Shown one piece after another: positions 11,285 to 23,319 of a stretch of 64,000 nucleotides of DNA. A model generated the notes under the pieces. It was not told the origin of the DNA, did not search any database, and saw nothing but the letters and a program-made list of their open reading frames with translations. A program made the translations under genes and the position numbers. Source of the stretch: Eledone cirrhosa (lineage: Eukaryota); NCBI GenBank assembly GCA_964016885.1, contig OZ024742.1:225990001-226054000 (forward strand), written 5' to 3'. The number at the start of each line of letters is the position of its first letter. Positions within the stretch are counted from its first letter, which is position 1.

Positions 11285-11640
11285 TGTTGTACTCATAGTT
11301 TTTGGCAGTAGTATATATACTGGTTGGATATCCTTCCTAACACCAGCACCACTTTACAGCATGGACTGGGTGCTTTTATTCGTGCCACCAGCACTAGAGA
11401 GGTTGTCTTACTGGACTCAGGGGCCCTCTCTACCCCTCCATTTTTACAGCATGGACTAGGTGCTTTTATTCATGCCACCAGAAAAACATGGGCAGAGATG
11501 GTGAGAGCAGACCTCAGATCACTGAAGCTCACAGTGGAGATGACGAAGGACGGTGACAAGTGGAGAGATGCTGTGCTGAATAGGACCCAGCCCACCCTTG
11601 CAAGCAGGGAAAAGCGGGTGTAAAATGATGATGATGATGA
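11285..11640. mobile_element. Composite of RTE-tail fragments: minus-strand 3' UTR with two satellite-like units fused to a plus-strand RTE C-terminus with (GAT)n tail
   Basis: ggatatccttcctaacaccagcaccactttacagcatggactgggtgctttt (second unit at ~11438). Then RKTWAEMVRADLRSLKLTVEMTKDGDKWRDAV*, then aatgatgatgatgatga. Confidence 0.7.
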
Positions 11641-11671
11641 TATATACACACACACACATATATATATATAT

Positions 11672-13440
11672 ATCAGGCAGTGACGGTCCACAGAATCAAA
11701 GGCCTTCCTACAGTCAATGAAAACCATGACAGCAGGAAGACTCTTTGTTCTAGCTCCCTCTAATATACTCCTCAGCATCAGCCGTTCTGGTTGTCCCTGA
11801 GCTTCTTCTCCATCTCGGGCTGGATCCTGTTAAGAATCATCCTGTTGAGAGTCTTTGCCACAAGTAACGTCAGTGAAATCCCCCTGTAGTTGTTGGTGTT
11901 AAAGAGATCTCCCTTCTTTGGCACTGGGACGATGTTACTGATTTGGGGCAACTCCTTTCTCCCGTGCCTGGTTACAGAACCCCAGGATGATAACATCAAA
12001 ATCACACCTCTTCATCATCTCTGATGCCACTCCATCTTCTCCATGAGCCTTGCCCTCCTTGATCTTCTTCTTGGCTCTCTGAAGCTCCTCTCTGGTGAAG
12101 GGTCCTGTCTGAATATCCAGTTCCTCAAACAGCTGCCTGATCTCCCCAGTGCTCTGGGCTGTGGAGGGCAGCTCTCCTAGTAGGGTCCTATCCTTGGGCC
12201 CTGTTCCCTGGATCTCCCTGTGATCTTGTTGATGATCATCCAGCTCTCCTTACACCCAGACCTGTCAACTGCTCTCTCCACACTTCTGATCTTCTCTATC
12301 AGCACCTCCTCTCTGGCCTCAGTGTAAGCGGTACAGAGTTCTTCCCTCATCACCTCCATATTCTCCTTGTTTTCCTCCGTAAAATCAGTTACTGCTTGAT
12401 GAAGATCTTACAGGCTTATGGAATCCCCAAGTAGATAGTGGACCTGATATCACTGCTCTATACCAACACCAAAGCCCAAGTAATTACACCTGATGGGATG
12501 ACGGAGTTCTTTAAGATACTGGCTGGAGTGCTCCAGGGAGATACATTGGCTCCCTACCTTTTTATCATCGCAGTGGACTATTGTATGCCCCTTGCGCTAG
12601 AGAAACACCAGGACTCTGGCTTTACTGTAACACTGGCTCAGAGCAGGCGAGTTAAGGCGAAAAAGGTATCGGATGCTGAATTTGCCGACGACATAGTTTT
12701 GGTGACAAACACAGTGAAGGAGGCAGAGGAGTTGATGCAGGAGGTGGAGACTGTGTCGATGCATGTGGAGCTGAGAATGAATGAGATTAAGACAAAGTAT
12801 CTGGTAGAGAATATTAAGAAGCCAGAGAAGATTATGAATGTAGGCGGGAAGCCGCTAGAATTGGTTGAGGACTTCCTGTATCTGGGAACAAAGATTGGGA
12901 ATACAAAAGATGATGTGGTTGAGAGGAAGAGCAAAGCCTGGGCGACGTGCCACAGTTTCAGATCGGTGTGGAAATCGGACCTTCGTAAAGACCTGAAGAT
13001 CCGTCTCTTCATTGCTGTAGTGGAGTCTGTGCTGCTGTACGGGTCTGAGACTTGGACACTGACCAAGAAACTCACTTAGATGGTGGGTGGGTGCTACATG
13101 AGAATGCTGAGGATGACTCTGAATATTAATCAGTATACACTGAGGATGAAGAACTCAGAGTTGTACGGGAGCCTCCCAAAAGTCAGCTCGAAAGTAGCAC
13201 AGAGGAAACTGAGGTTAGCTGGACATGCTGACCGACATCCAGAGTTGACACTGCACTCAGTGCTCCTGTGGAAGCCCCTGCATGGACACACTAGAAGAGG
13301 GAGACCAAGGTTGACGTATGTTGATGCCCTACAGACAGACACTGGTCTCTTGGAAATGCAGGACATGGCAGCGATGAAGAGGGACAGAGACTGCTGGAGA
13401 GAACTCGTCCATGGATCTCGTGAATTTTACCTGCCGTAGA
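11672..13440 (+). mobile_element. Second RTE/RTE-X-like LINE family; 3' part on + (12391-13440), 5' part inverted on - (11672-~12390)
   Basis: Plus part: MKILQAYGIP, GVLQGDTLAPYLF, FADD, FLYLG, LYGSETW, RLAGH, RGRP. Minus part: IVPVPKKGDL..NYRGISL, NQNG, FIDCRKAFDSVDR. Inserted in (TA)n. Confidence 0.9.
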
Positions 13441-13466
13441 TATATATATATATATATATATATATA

Positions 13467-14850
13467 CTAGCTGGCCCGTCCGGCTGGCGTCTGGCTAGGT
13501 ATACCGGCATTTTATCTTTTCAGGAATCCCCCCTACACTCTAGTGCAAAGATACCGCACACCTTCTCAAGTCAGCAGGGGGGGGGGGGGTTAACGTGCTC
13601 TGAAGTTGGGTTTGAATAGATTTTAGGATTCTCCAGTTCAGCAGCCAGTACGTTAAAGAAAATTGAAAGTTACAACAATAAAGGCTGAACAGAGAAATTT
13701 TTTAAGAAACAATAATTTGTACAACCATAATGGAAATTCCAAGTAACAGAAAATATTTAAATTACATTGTTAGAGCCTCAAAGTATACAATATTTTTTGT
13801 TTGGCCCTCCGGAGCAAAGATGAAGAGATTGTTTGGTGAGCTCACTCTAGAGCATCCTACATACAATTGACCATGGGAGAATCACTGATCTCGTAGCTCG
13901 TCTCGTGGAGAAGCTCTGTAGACATTGACCTCTGGACACTCCTGTCAGGAGCAGGTAAGCTGTAGTGACTTAGGGGCCTACCACCAATCTCCAGGACACT
14001 GTTTTCAAGACAAATGAGCGCCTCATTGAAAATGACATCATATGTTACGTTCGGATTGTGTCTGTGTGTGCGGTGGAGGATGTCCTCAGCTAGACTTTCG
14101 CAGTGGTTGTTCCACATTGCGAGAGGGTCGGCGAAATCGCAGTTGTGCAGCATAATAGCAAAAAGTTTTGGCAGCTGAGAAGGGACTTTAGCAGTTGCTG
14201 CTTCTTGCAGGGTGAGGTGCCAATGGCTGTCATCGTGTAACATACCACGCATCTGGCAAGCCAAACGGTAAGTGGAACATTGATGGTCATTGATGGTTCT
14301 CAGATTTTGGAAAGACTGTGGTCCTCTAACCTCGAACAGTAACAATAACGATAAGCCGTCTGTGCTTTCGTGAAATAAATAGGTTTTTGTTTTTGTGTAT
14401 GCAAAAATATCTGTACACAAATATATATATTAAAATAACAGATTAAAGTTTAAGCAAAGAATCGCTGCTTTCACCCTTAATGGGATCTTCTGAAACTTAA
14501 AAAATCAGTCTGTGAACGCAGAAGTAAATATTTCGAAAAATGTTATCTAATGCAGACAGCCAGACATACAGACTAAGAAAAAGAGGGGAATGTTGTGCGA
14601 TGTCATAAGAAAAAGTGAGGAAATACGTATAACCAGAAGTGTTGACATTTGAAATTTTAAAGAAGTGAATATTTAAATAATATCTTTAATCTTTTAACAA
14701 AATTCAGTAGACAAATATACCCTCACTTTTATACTTGGAAAAAGTTACATCTATGGTGCAAATTTGGTGCTGTTTGGTCCAGTCGTTTGGCGGAAAGTTT
14801 GTAACCTACATACAGCCGTCAGCTTTATAGTATATATATATATAGATATA
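13467..14850 (-). mobile_element. Internally deleted Helitron with both termini
   Basis: 3' CTAG (13467-13470) next to a GC-rich hairpin-like segment; TC-type 5' end near 14846. Coding remnant LLLFEVRGPQSFQNLRT...YRLACQMRGML.DDSHW..TLQEAA is joined to FSHGQLYVGCSRVSSPNNLFIFAPEGQTKNIVY. Confidence 0.88.
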
Positions 14851-15076
14851 TAAACCTTGCTAGCAAGGAAAATGGATGATTAATGATGATGATGATATCA
14901 GTGTCATTTTACATCTGTTTTTCCATCCAGTTGTGGGTTGAACAGGTCATTACAAACTAAGTTGTTATGATCCATCCAACTCATGCCGTAATGGGAAACA
15001 GACATAAAATGGTGGCGATGATGTTGTAACTGAAGGTAAAGTTGTTAAAGAAATGTTTTTATAATTCCATTTTCAG

Positions 15077-15224
15077 ATCACACTGCAACAGAAACAGTTA
15101 ATTTGCTGAACAATGAAGAATCGGAATTTCAGTTTACTTTTACTGAAGATAGCTGTTTCTCTGCTGGAGTTCCTTCCAAGTTAGAAATTGTACCAATGAA
15201 AGGAACTCTTCAACCAAAATCTCA
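15077..15224 (+). CDS. HYDIN: HYDIN-like internal exon E (phase 1 to phase 2); absent from the ORF track
   Basis: Acceptor ttccattttcag|AT and donor CA|gtaaca. Reads NHTATETVNLLNNEESEFQFTFTEDSCFSAGVPSKLEIVPMKGTLQPKSQ. Phases fit both neighbours. Confidence 0.88.
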
Positions 15225-15593
15225 GTAACAACTTTTATTATAATGCAGTTTAACATTCTGTAATGATTTTTGTAAAAAATTTCTAAAAACAAGTTTGTTA
15301 ATTTAAATGTAAATAGAATCTTTACTAGGGAACATATTATTGTGAAAATTTCTTTTAATGTGATTCAGTCATAGTAGGGTTTTTTTGAAGCTTTCAAGAA
15401 TGTTATGTCTTGCTAATGTGGTTTTACGATTTTAAAAGTTAAACATAAATTGTGGACTTACATACTTTCTTCTTCTTCTCCTCCTCAGTGACTGGCATGA
15501 GTGAGACCACCAAAACCCTACTATATGGCCAGAAACAATAAAGACATCATACTTTTCAAATTTTAAATATTTCTATTTCTAATTGTTTAACAG

Positions 15594-15801
15594 GTTTCCC
15601 ATTGAATTTATCTTCAAATCTACAGTGGCCAAAATTGTCAGTTTTAATGCCTCTTGCATTGTGAATGGAAAGGCAACCCCTCTACAGTTAAACATTAAAG
15701 GAGGAGCTTATGCTGTGGATTGTGCTGTTTTCTCTACCGATTCGGATGGCATTGTCATGGAACTGACTAAAACTGGTGATAATGAAATTGATTTTGGCTC
15801 G
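15594..15801 (+). CDS. HYDIN: HYDIN-like internal exon F (phase 2 to phase 0)
   Basis: Acceptor ttgtttaacag|G and donor TCG|gtagga. Reads FPIEFIFKSTVAKIVSFNASCIVNGKATPLQLNIKGGAYAVDC...NEIDFGS. Confidence 0.9.
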
Positions 15802-15821
15802 GTAGGATCCCTTCTCTATCT

Positions 15822-16050
15822 AATCATCATCATCATCACTGTCAACATCATCATCATCATTACCATCATCGTCTTCATCATTGTTGTCATCATCGTTGTC
15901 ATCATCATCATCATCATCATTATTGTCCCCACCATCATTATCATCATCATCATCTTTATCATTGTTTTCTATATCAATTTCTTCCATACTGGCATGGGTT
16001 AGTCTAGAATCTTTGAGCAGATTTTTTCTCTGGCCAGATGCTTTTCCTGC
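15822..16050 (-). repeat. Expanded (CAT)n tract plus an RTE-tail remnant
   Basis: ~140 bp of (CAT)n followed by ttccatactggcatgggttag...ggccagatgcttttcct. Confidence 0.75.
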
Positions 16051-16620
16051 TCATCATCATCATCACCATAACCAAATTTTTCTTTATTAAGCTAGTGTTT
16101 AGAACATAACATAAAAGTTCTTACATAAAATTATAATGACAGGTTTTTAGATAAATATACACACTTTAACCCATTCATTATCATATTTTTAATGAAAAAT
16201 GAAACCTATTATTTTCAAATCATTTTGGAAATAATCAAGAATTTGTAGAAATTTAGTTTATGTAACTAACTTCCTCATTATTAAGCTAGTGTTTGGCTGA
16301 AAGGGTTTGCACCAAGAATGGCACCTGGCTGAAAAACATTACCTCAAAAAGGATCCTATGATAAGTATGAAGACTGTCATGGGGCCTGCAAGTCTAACTC
16401 CTAAAAATAATTTTCATTACTACATTTCAAATGAAATCCACTGCCAATTATTCACAAATCATTTTGAAAATAATAAAAAATATAGAACGATTTAGTAATA
16501 TAACTTACTTATTATTAAGCTGGTGTTTGGGGCATAACCTAACAAAGATTCTTATAATTATGGTGGAAGGTTTTTAGATAAATATAATCACTCTAAAAAC
16601 ATCTTTGCATTATAGAAAGT

Positions 16621-16833
16621 TCTCAGCCCACACTGTAAAGTGGTCATGTAGGCGTCATGACAAAAAGCACCCAGTACTCACTGTCAATAAGGTTGGCATT
16701 AGGAAGGGCATCCACCTGTAGAAACCAAGCCAAAATCAGTTCTGTATGAGCAAGACATGGTTACCTGACCTAGCATTGCCCACAACAAGACAACTCATCT
16801 AACCCATGCTAGCATGGAAGAATGGATGATGAT
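16621..16833 (+). mobile_element. RTE 3'-tail element containing one near-perfect satellite monomer, antisense to the giant array
   Basis: cccacactgtaaagtggtcatgtaggcgtcatgacaaaaagcacccagt is the reverse complement of the 48-mer. It is followed by ggttggcattaggaagggcatccacctgtagaaacc...ccatgctagcatggaagaatggatgatgat. Confidence 0.88.
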
Positions 16834-17280
16834 AAATAAGAGGCAGTTTTAGGCAGTTTGGTATCAAAATGAAAGATACTGTCTATTATTTTTAAACCAT
16901 TTAAAAAATACTCAGCAATTTGGAAGGATTTAGTAACTTTCTTATTATTAAACTGATGTTTGGGGCAGAGTTTAACTAAGGTTCTTGCAAACAAATTTAT
17001 ATTGTAGAACCAGGGTTGGTTTTAAGCAGTTTGGCATCAAAATAAAAGACACTGTCTATTATTTTCAAATCGTCTTGAAAGATTTAGTAATATAATTAAC
17101 TTACTCAATATTAAACTGCTTTCTGGGGCATCAGTTAACAAAGGTTTTCAGATAAACACTTTAAAATAAAGAGCTTTGTATTGTAGAACATAGAGCAGTT
17201 TCAGACAGTTTGGTAGGAAAAGGTTTAAAACACTTGTTGCTGTTTGTCAGTAATTTATTGTTGTTTTGTTGTATTTGCAG

Positions 17281-17496
17281 ATTGAAATTAATGAAAAGGC
17301 AAGGAGAGTGGTTGAGATAACTAACACAAGCAAGGCTAACTTTGACTATAAGTGGGTCCTTAATGAAAAAGCTAGTCAATTGCTAAAGATCTTCCCTCTC
17401 ACAGGAACTGTGAAAGCAGGTGTCAAAAAGCAATCCAAGATTGATTTCTGCCCAGATAAAACACTCACCTTATTAGGATGTAAAGTCTATTTAAAG
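17281..17496 (+). CDS. HYDIN: HYDIN-like internal exon G (phase 0 to phase 0)
   Basis: Acceptor tgtatttgcag|ATT and donor AAG|gtttgt. 72 codons: IEINEKARRVVEITNTSKANFDYKW...IFPLTGTVKAG...IDFCPDK...VYLK. Confidence 0.9.
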
Positions 17497-17774
17497 GTTT
17501 GTTATATTTCATTCCATGTGGCCAAATGGTTCAGAAATTTGCATCACAATTGTTAAGTTACAGGTTTTATTTTGACTTTTCCATGCTGACATGGGTTGGA
17601 TGGGACTTTTTAAAGCAATTATTTATAGCCAGATATCCTTTCTGATACCATCCCTTTTAATTGCTAAAATATGAGGGGCCACTCAGGTTCAAACTGACAA
17701 GCTCTTGAACTGCAGTTGAATGCTCTAACACTGAGCTACATCCACCTTTATATATACGTGAATATATATAAAGG

Positions 17775-19319
17775 TGAGGGGACAATCCAAATGTTGTTCA
17801 CCAAGCAACAATTATTAAATAAAAAGGATGAACTCATGATCTCGTGGAAACACTGGATTTACAAAACATACCTCAACTTCAGACCTTCTCATGATGCAAG
17901 AGGTTAAGACACTTTTCCCAACATTCATTGTACATACACCCTAGGTCATCATAGTACATTTGAACACACTATTATATATACACATTGGCAAATACATACC
18001 TAGGTCTACATAGCATATACATGCAAAAGAGCACAATTCAACACAAAGTTCAATAGCAAACCCTAATAGCACCCAGAAATAAATACAGAACTAGCACTTG
18101 TGAACAAACGAACACAACTCCACACAAACTTCACCAGCAGACCCCATTAGCATCCAGAAATATACTCAGAACTAGCTCCTATTGAAGCACTTGAGCCAAC
18201 AGTGTCACACCAATTTGACGAAACAAAATTAATAGCACATGCAACCAGTACATAAGCAATTCATCTTGCACCTACCCACATTGCACATCCAACCCTTCAG
18301 CTACATACTCTTACTCCTAAAGAGGTATGTGCTACAACATTTTTTACGATAGCGACATTAAAACGACAACACCCACCCTAGCTCTCCATTACAGAAATAT
18401 CAATACCTAATTTCACATGGACAAGTCCCCGCAACTCTCCTTGGAACACATGTATGTAACCAAGAAAGACATAGGCCCATTACATTGCATAATAAATAGT
18501 AATGGCCCACTCCATCTATTCTACTATAAATACATGAAATATAATCACCACCACTAACTCCATAGTACCATGAAATGTGGATATTTTAAGTAAATCAAAT
18601 CTATACTCGGAACCATAATTTAAGCTTATGTAAGTGCTAGCATAGTTTCTAGTAAATAAACTTGAACCAAAAAATCCACTAGATTTTACATTAATAGCAC
18701 CAGTTGGTTGTTCCTTGCTTTTTTTCAGATAACTAACAAATAAGTCGTCACTTTGTTAACAGATACATTTAATTTGCCAATAGGTGAATTTGGACAATGT
18801 TTTGATTAGGACGATCTGCTGCTAGATCTGACGTCAATTCTATAAACCTGTTGTCTAAATGTCGTGGTAACCATGTCTGGAGCAGGCATACACACACACA
18901 CCCTAATATATTTTTTTGATAAATATAATTCCGCCCCCTCTCTACGATTATTCTATCTCAAGTTGACCAGGCAGATACACTCGGATGGGCACATAGATGC
19001 ACACATGCATATACACACTCACTTAGCTAGATATCTACACACACAACCACTTCCTAATCATTAAAAATAAACTTATATGAAGAGAATTTACAATTGGATA
19101 AACAATGTATGCCCTTATTTGGACAAACCACATCCCTGATGATACAGCCAGTAAACCGCCAAGCCCTTTGGCAACCAGTCTGGAACTAACTCTTGAAACA
19201 GTAAGAGCTCAACTGTTGGGTCCTGACTCTTTATAATATACTCTACTACCCCAAGAATTGAGTACTCTGTTGAATAATTGTCTAACCAGGTTTCTTACTG
19301 AATCCATCCTGTTTTGTGA

Positions 19320-19320
<1 letters not shown>
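17775..19320 (+). mobile_element. Penelope-like element remnant (ORF C-terminus plus long 3' region with a hammerhead-like motif)
   Basis: 17780-17907 reads QMLFTKQQLLNKKDELMISWKH.., resembling the LNKRxELxxxCxH terminus after the PLE GIY-YIG domain. A CTGATGA...GAAA motif lies near the 3' end. Bounded by (TA)n and (TG)n. Confidence 0.55.
19132..19221 (+). ncRNA. Candidate degenerate type I hammerhead ribozyme
   Basis: ATCC-CTGATGA (19136-19142)...GAAA (19195-19198). Helix III is ACAGT/ACTGT, the cleavage triplet is GTT, helix I is ATCC/GGGT. The base of helix II does not pair. Confidence 0.45.

Positions 19321-19322
<2 letters not shown>

Positions 19323-19405
<83 letters not shown>
19323..19405. 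repeat. (TG)n(TA)n compound microsatellite
   Basis: Direct observation. Confidence 0.95.
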
Positions 19406-19553
19406 AGGTGGCGTATTGGCAGAGTCGTTAGAATGCTTTATGGTATTCATAACAACTCTCTGCTCTCTGAGTTCAAATCCCGCCGATGTCAACTTTGCCT
19501 TTTATCCTTTCGAGGTCGTTAAAAAAAAGTACCAGTCTAGTACTGGGGTCGAT
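19406..19553 (+). mobile_element. tRNA-headed SINE (Meta-domain-like)
   Basis: A box tggcagagtcgtt, B box gagttcaaatcc, core gtcaactttgccttttatcctttcgaggtcg..aaaagtaccag. Confidence 0.78.
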
Positions 19554-19754
19554 TCTTCCTCTATATCTCTTTCTCATTTCCTCTCTCTCACTATCTTTCT
19601 CTGGAAGAAATCTGCTGTACTCAGTCCTGGAGAGGGATGGGCCCCACTAGGCTTAAAATACCCAAGCAACACCATATGTCAATACAGCACCCCTACGACT
19701 CTATCTGGAGTTACGGGACCGTACCTTACCATATATATACATATATATATATAT

Positions 19755-22420
19755 ACTCGCTGAATTGCCTGGGTTACTACTGTTCTTATTCAGATTAGTA
19801 AACAATAAATATGAAGATATGTTTTTTTTTATCATAATTTTGAAGCACTTTTTTGCACAATTTTTTGTTGTCCAAATGAATAAATTGTTGTTACACACTC
19901 ACACACATACACTCTCACATACATATACTAAGACAGACACACATAGGCATACATTCACGCATAACTTTTCACCACATTTTTGGTCAGTTACTACATATGT
20001 GTAGATGTGTGAGTGTATTTAATCACAAACCAAAGGCGTGTCGTTTTCTATTGTTTTAATGCAAACGAAAATAAAAATTATCACACATACACTCATACAC
20101 ACATACACTCTCACATACATATAGTAAGACAGACACACACATATACATTCATGCACAGCTACACTCTCGCATAAATATACTAAGACAGACACACACAGAC
20201 ATACATACACGCAAACCTATTACTTGTCAGTCACCACATACGTATATGTATGTGTATATGTGTGTGTGTGTTTAATTGTCTGTGTGTGAAGATAATGTGT
20301 ATGCAACTTACTAACGCTATATGTATGTGTGTGTTCCTCCTCGTATTTTTTATTATAACACCTCGTTGTAAACAATGTTCTTTGTTTTTCCACGTCATGC
20401 ATATGCAAAAAGGTTTCCTCTGCTTCCCACTCGGGAACACCCAACGTACAATTGTCCGTGTGAGAAACATGTCTCTTCCAAGAGAAGTCCGGCCACAGAC
20501 AGGGTCTGACCTTGGGATTTATTAATGGACAATGCAAAGTTGACACGAATTGGAAATTGCAGACGTCTGAATGGAAAGGAAATTTCTGCTCCCGATGGAA
20601 TGAGAGGGATTCTTGGAATGAAGACGTCATCACTTTTTCCATATCCAGAAAGAATTGTTGCCTCAATAACATGTGACATCATTTTCTTTACCACCAGTCG
20701 TGTCCCATTGCACAGTCTTGACGGATCTAGATTCCTAAGCAGCATTACAGGAGTTCCAACTTTAAGTCCTAATATGTAGGGAGGTAGTCCAGGAGCCTCC
20801 AATGAATTGAGAAATTCTGGAGGATAGTTCACCACTTCGTTGTGATCCGGGATTGTGTTGACAGACTTGTAAGTGTGAAGATTTCCTGGAAGAGACAGAT
20901 TAACTGTTCGTTGAGTTTATTAGCAGCAATGTTTTTTGGAGCTGTTATTGCTCTTTCGCACAGCCAATTGTGACTTTAGTAATTTTCTGTCAAGTTCGGA
21001 AGCACTTGGTCTTTCAGCTCCTCCACAGAATTAACAATGGTACAGAATGGCCAGACGTCCATTTCTCCGGCAGCGTCGAGAGGCATCTTGCCATCGCCAA
21101 GTGTCAAAATGTCCTGTGCAAACCTGGCAGACATGTGGTCACCATGTAGTTGAGCTCTCATGTTAGTGGTAAGAGTCAGGGTCGTAACGTGTTGCCACAA
21201 TGGAGAGTATTTAAGGCATGCCTGGACTTCATCTGCCCTGGTGCCTTTGGAAATGATGAGAAGAGTCTGTCTGAAATCACCAGACAGCAGAAGTGTTACA
21301 CCTCCCATTAGAGCATGACAATCTCTGATATCTTTAAGGGTTCTATCTACTGCTTCCAGAGCTCCTTTGTGGGCCACGGTGCACTCACCCCACACAGTGA
21401 GATGACACCGTTTGAGGATCTGACCCTGGTCTGAGCTTTTACTGATGTTGCAGGTGTTTCAGATGTTGTTAAATTCAGGGGGAGTTTAAAAGTTGAGTGC
21501 GCTGTCCTGCCACCGGGCAGCAAAGTAGCAGCAATCCCAGGGGAGGTAACAGCTACCGCGATATCCCTATGCTGCCTAACTTTTACAAGGAGGAGCTTCG
21601 TTACAAAAGTTTTTCCTGTCCCTCCATGTGCATTCAGGAAGAAGATACCTCCTTTTTGGTGGCGCACATGGTCGACAATAGTGCTGTAAGCCCGTTGTTG
21701 GTCTGGAAGCAGTTTTGTTTCAGTTTCAATAACATATTGGGAAAGAGCATCAATGCCGTAGGATGTTTCTGTGGGAAGTACGTTTGACCCTGTTTGGAAT
21801 GTTTGGGGCAGGCCATATGTGGGCAAATCCTTTCCACCAAGTGAAATAATCCTGTCTTCTATGTCAATCAATGCTCTGTTGTAGACTTTATCGCTAGTAC
21901 CTTCCATGTCAGGGTACTGCAGTTGTGCCAGACGTTTAAAATCCTCAGAAAGATCATCTCTGTACTTGAACCACAAATACGAAGGATTACACAATTCACA
22001 TGTTTGCAACAATAATGCAAATAGTATCAATTTTTCTTTGTTCTGTAAAATCAAAGACTGTAAAACGACTTATTGTTAAATCTTCAACTGATATACTCTG
22101 ATCTATAGTTTAAGCCCATGTGAGACATCACTCTCTCTCTTTGAATATCTAACACTTTAATTGTATCTCTCTCTGTATAACGGCCTATCTCTCTCTTTCT
22201 GGCTCTCCCTCTGTGGGTCTCAAAAATGAGTTTTTAATAGTCGGGTTTTCTCTTATAGAGGGCGCAGTAGACACAAATCTGAAAATGTAATGAGTTCGGA
22301 CAAAGGTCAGGAGCATAACGCATGTTTGTGCCAAATTTGAAGAAAATCAGTTGCAAGCTGTAGAAGTTACGTGGAAACAGACACACACACACACACACAC
22401 ACATAGTCTATTTTATATAT
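19755..22420 (-). mobile_element. Helitron remnant with a frameshifted Pif1-family helicase; Rep domain missing
   Basis: ORFs 21347-22054, 20976-21395 and 20395-20835 carry GGTGKT (Walker A), GIAATLLPGGRTAHSTFKLP, GDFRQTL, LTTNMR, LLRNLDP..LCNGTRL and QFPI..FALSINKSQGQTL..FSHGQLYVGCSRV. CA-rich minisatellite in the 3' flank. Confidence 0.93.
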
Positions 22421-22431
22421 TTATATATATA

Positions 22432-23290
22432 TACTATCAGTGGTACCCGGCTTTGCACGGGATAAGGTATTTTGGAACGTGGGCCCCCAACAGACCTAAT
22501 CGTGGAAAAACTGCATGCCTGGACAATATGTAAAGAAAATAAACTGAATACTCTGATGGCTGGATAATCTTTAAGATTTTCCTTGATGAAGCAGGAAAAA
22601 TGCAGGTTTTCACCTAATGCAGGCCCTAGGGGATCAAGAAAATTAATTTTTTTATGTGTATAATATGCCTTGAAATTTCGGGAAAACCGGCTAGATGTAA
22701 CGCCTCAAAAAAGCCCTGAAAAGCTGAAAAAATGAAGTTTTTCACCTAATGCGGGCCCTAGGCCATAAAAAAGTTGGATTTTCTTTGCTCACGGTATGAA
22801 GAAGAGACTGACTAATATATAGTTACAATTTCAAGGAAATCGGTCTGATGTAACGCCTCAAAAAACCCCTAAAAACCTGAAAAAAACGCAGTTTTTCACC
22901 TAATGCAGGCCCTAGGGGATCAAAAAGTTGAATTTTTGTATGTGCATAACACTCCCTGAAACATAAGTAATACACATGTAAAGTTTGAAAAAAGTCGGTT
23001 GGGTACTTCTCAAGTTTTAGGGATTCAAACTCAGACACACACACACACACACACATACAGACATCCTCATGTAAGTGACGTTATATGTATATATCTAAAA
23101 AGAGAAAGTCTAAGAATTATAGAGAGAGATCGCTAAATCGCTTAATGCGGTCCCTAGGGCATGGAAAATTTGAAATTTTTTTTGCTCAGAACACGCCCTG
23201 AAACATAAATATTACATGTGTGAAGTTTGAAAGTAGGGATTCAAACTTACACACACACACTGAGACAGACATCCTCAGTTTTATATATAT
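22432..23290 (-). mobile_element. Non-autonomous Helitron-like element with internal tandem repeats
   Basis: 3'-type end acta(t)cagtggtacccggctttgcacggg with a hairpin. The unit cacctaatgc.ggccctagg recurs at ~22611, 22743, 22897 and 23141. 5'-type end acagacatcctcagttttatatatat. Confidence 0.7.
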
Positions 23291-23319
23291 AAATGATTAT
23301 GATTTTGACAATGATGGTG

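Noticed and set aside
8970-11311. Plus-strand ORFs overlapping the LINE
   Set aside because: Antisense shadows of the RT frame with no recognisable motifs.
20395-22054. Host PIF1 helicase gene
   Set aside because: Intronless, frameshifted, preceded by a Helitron linker region and bounded by Helitron-type ends.
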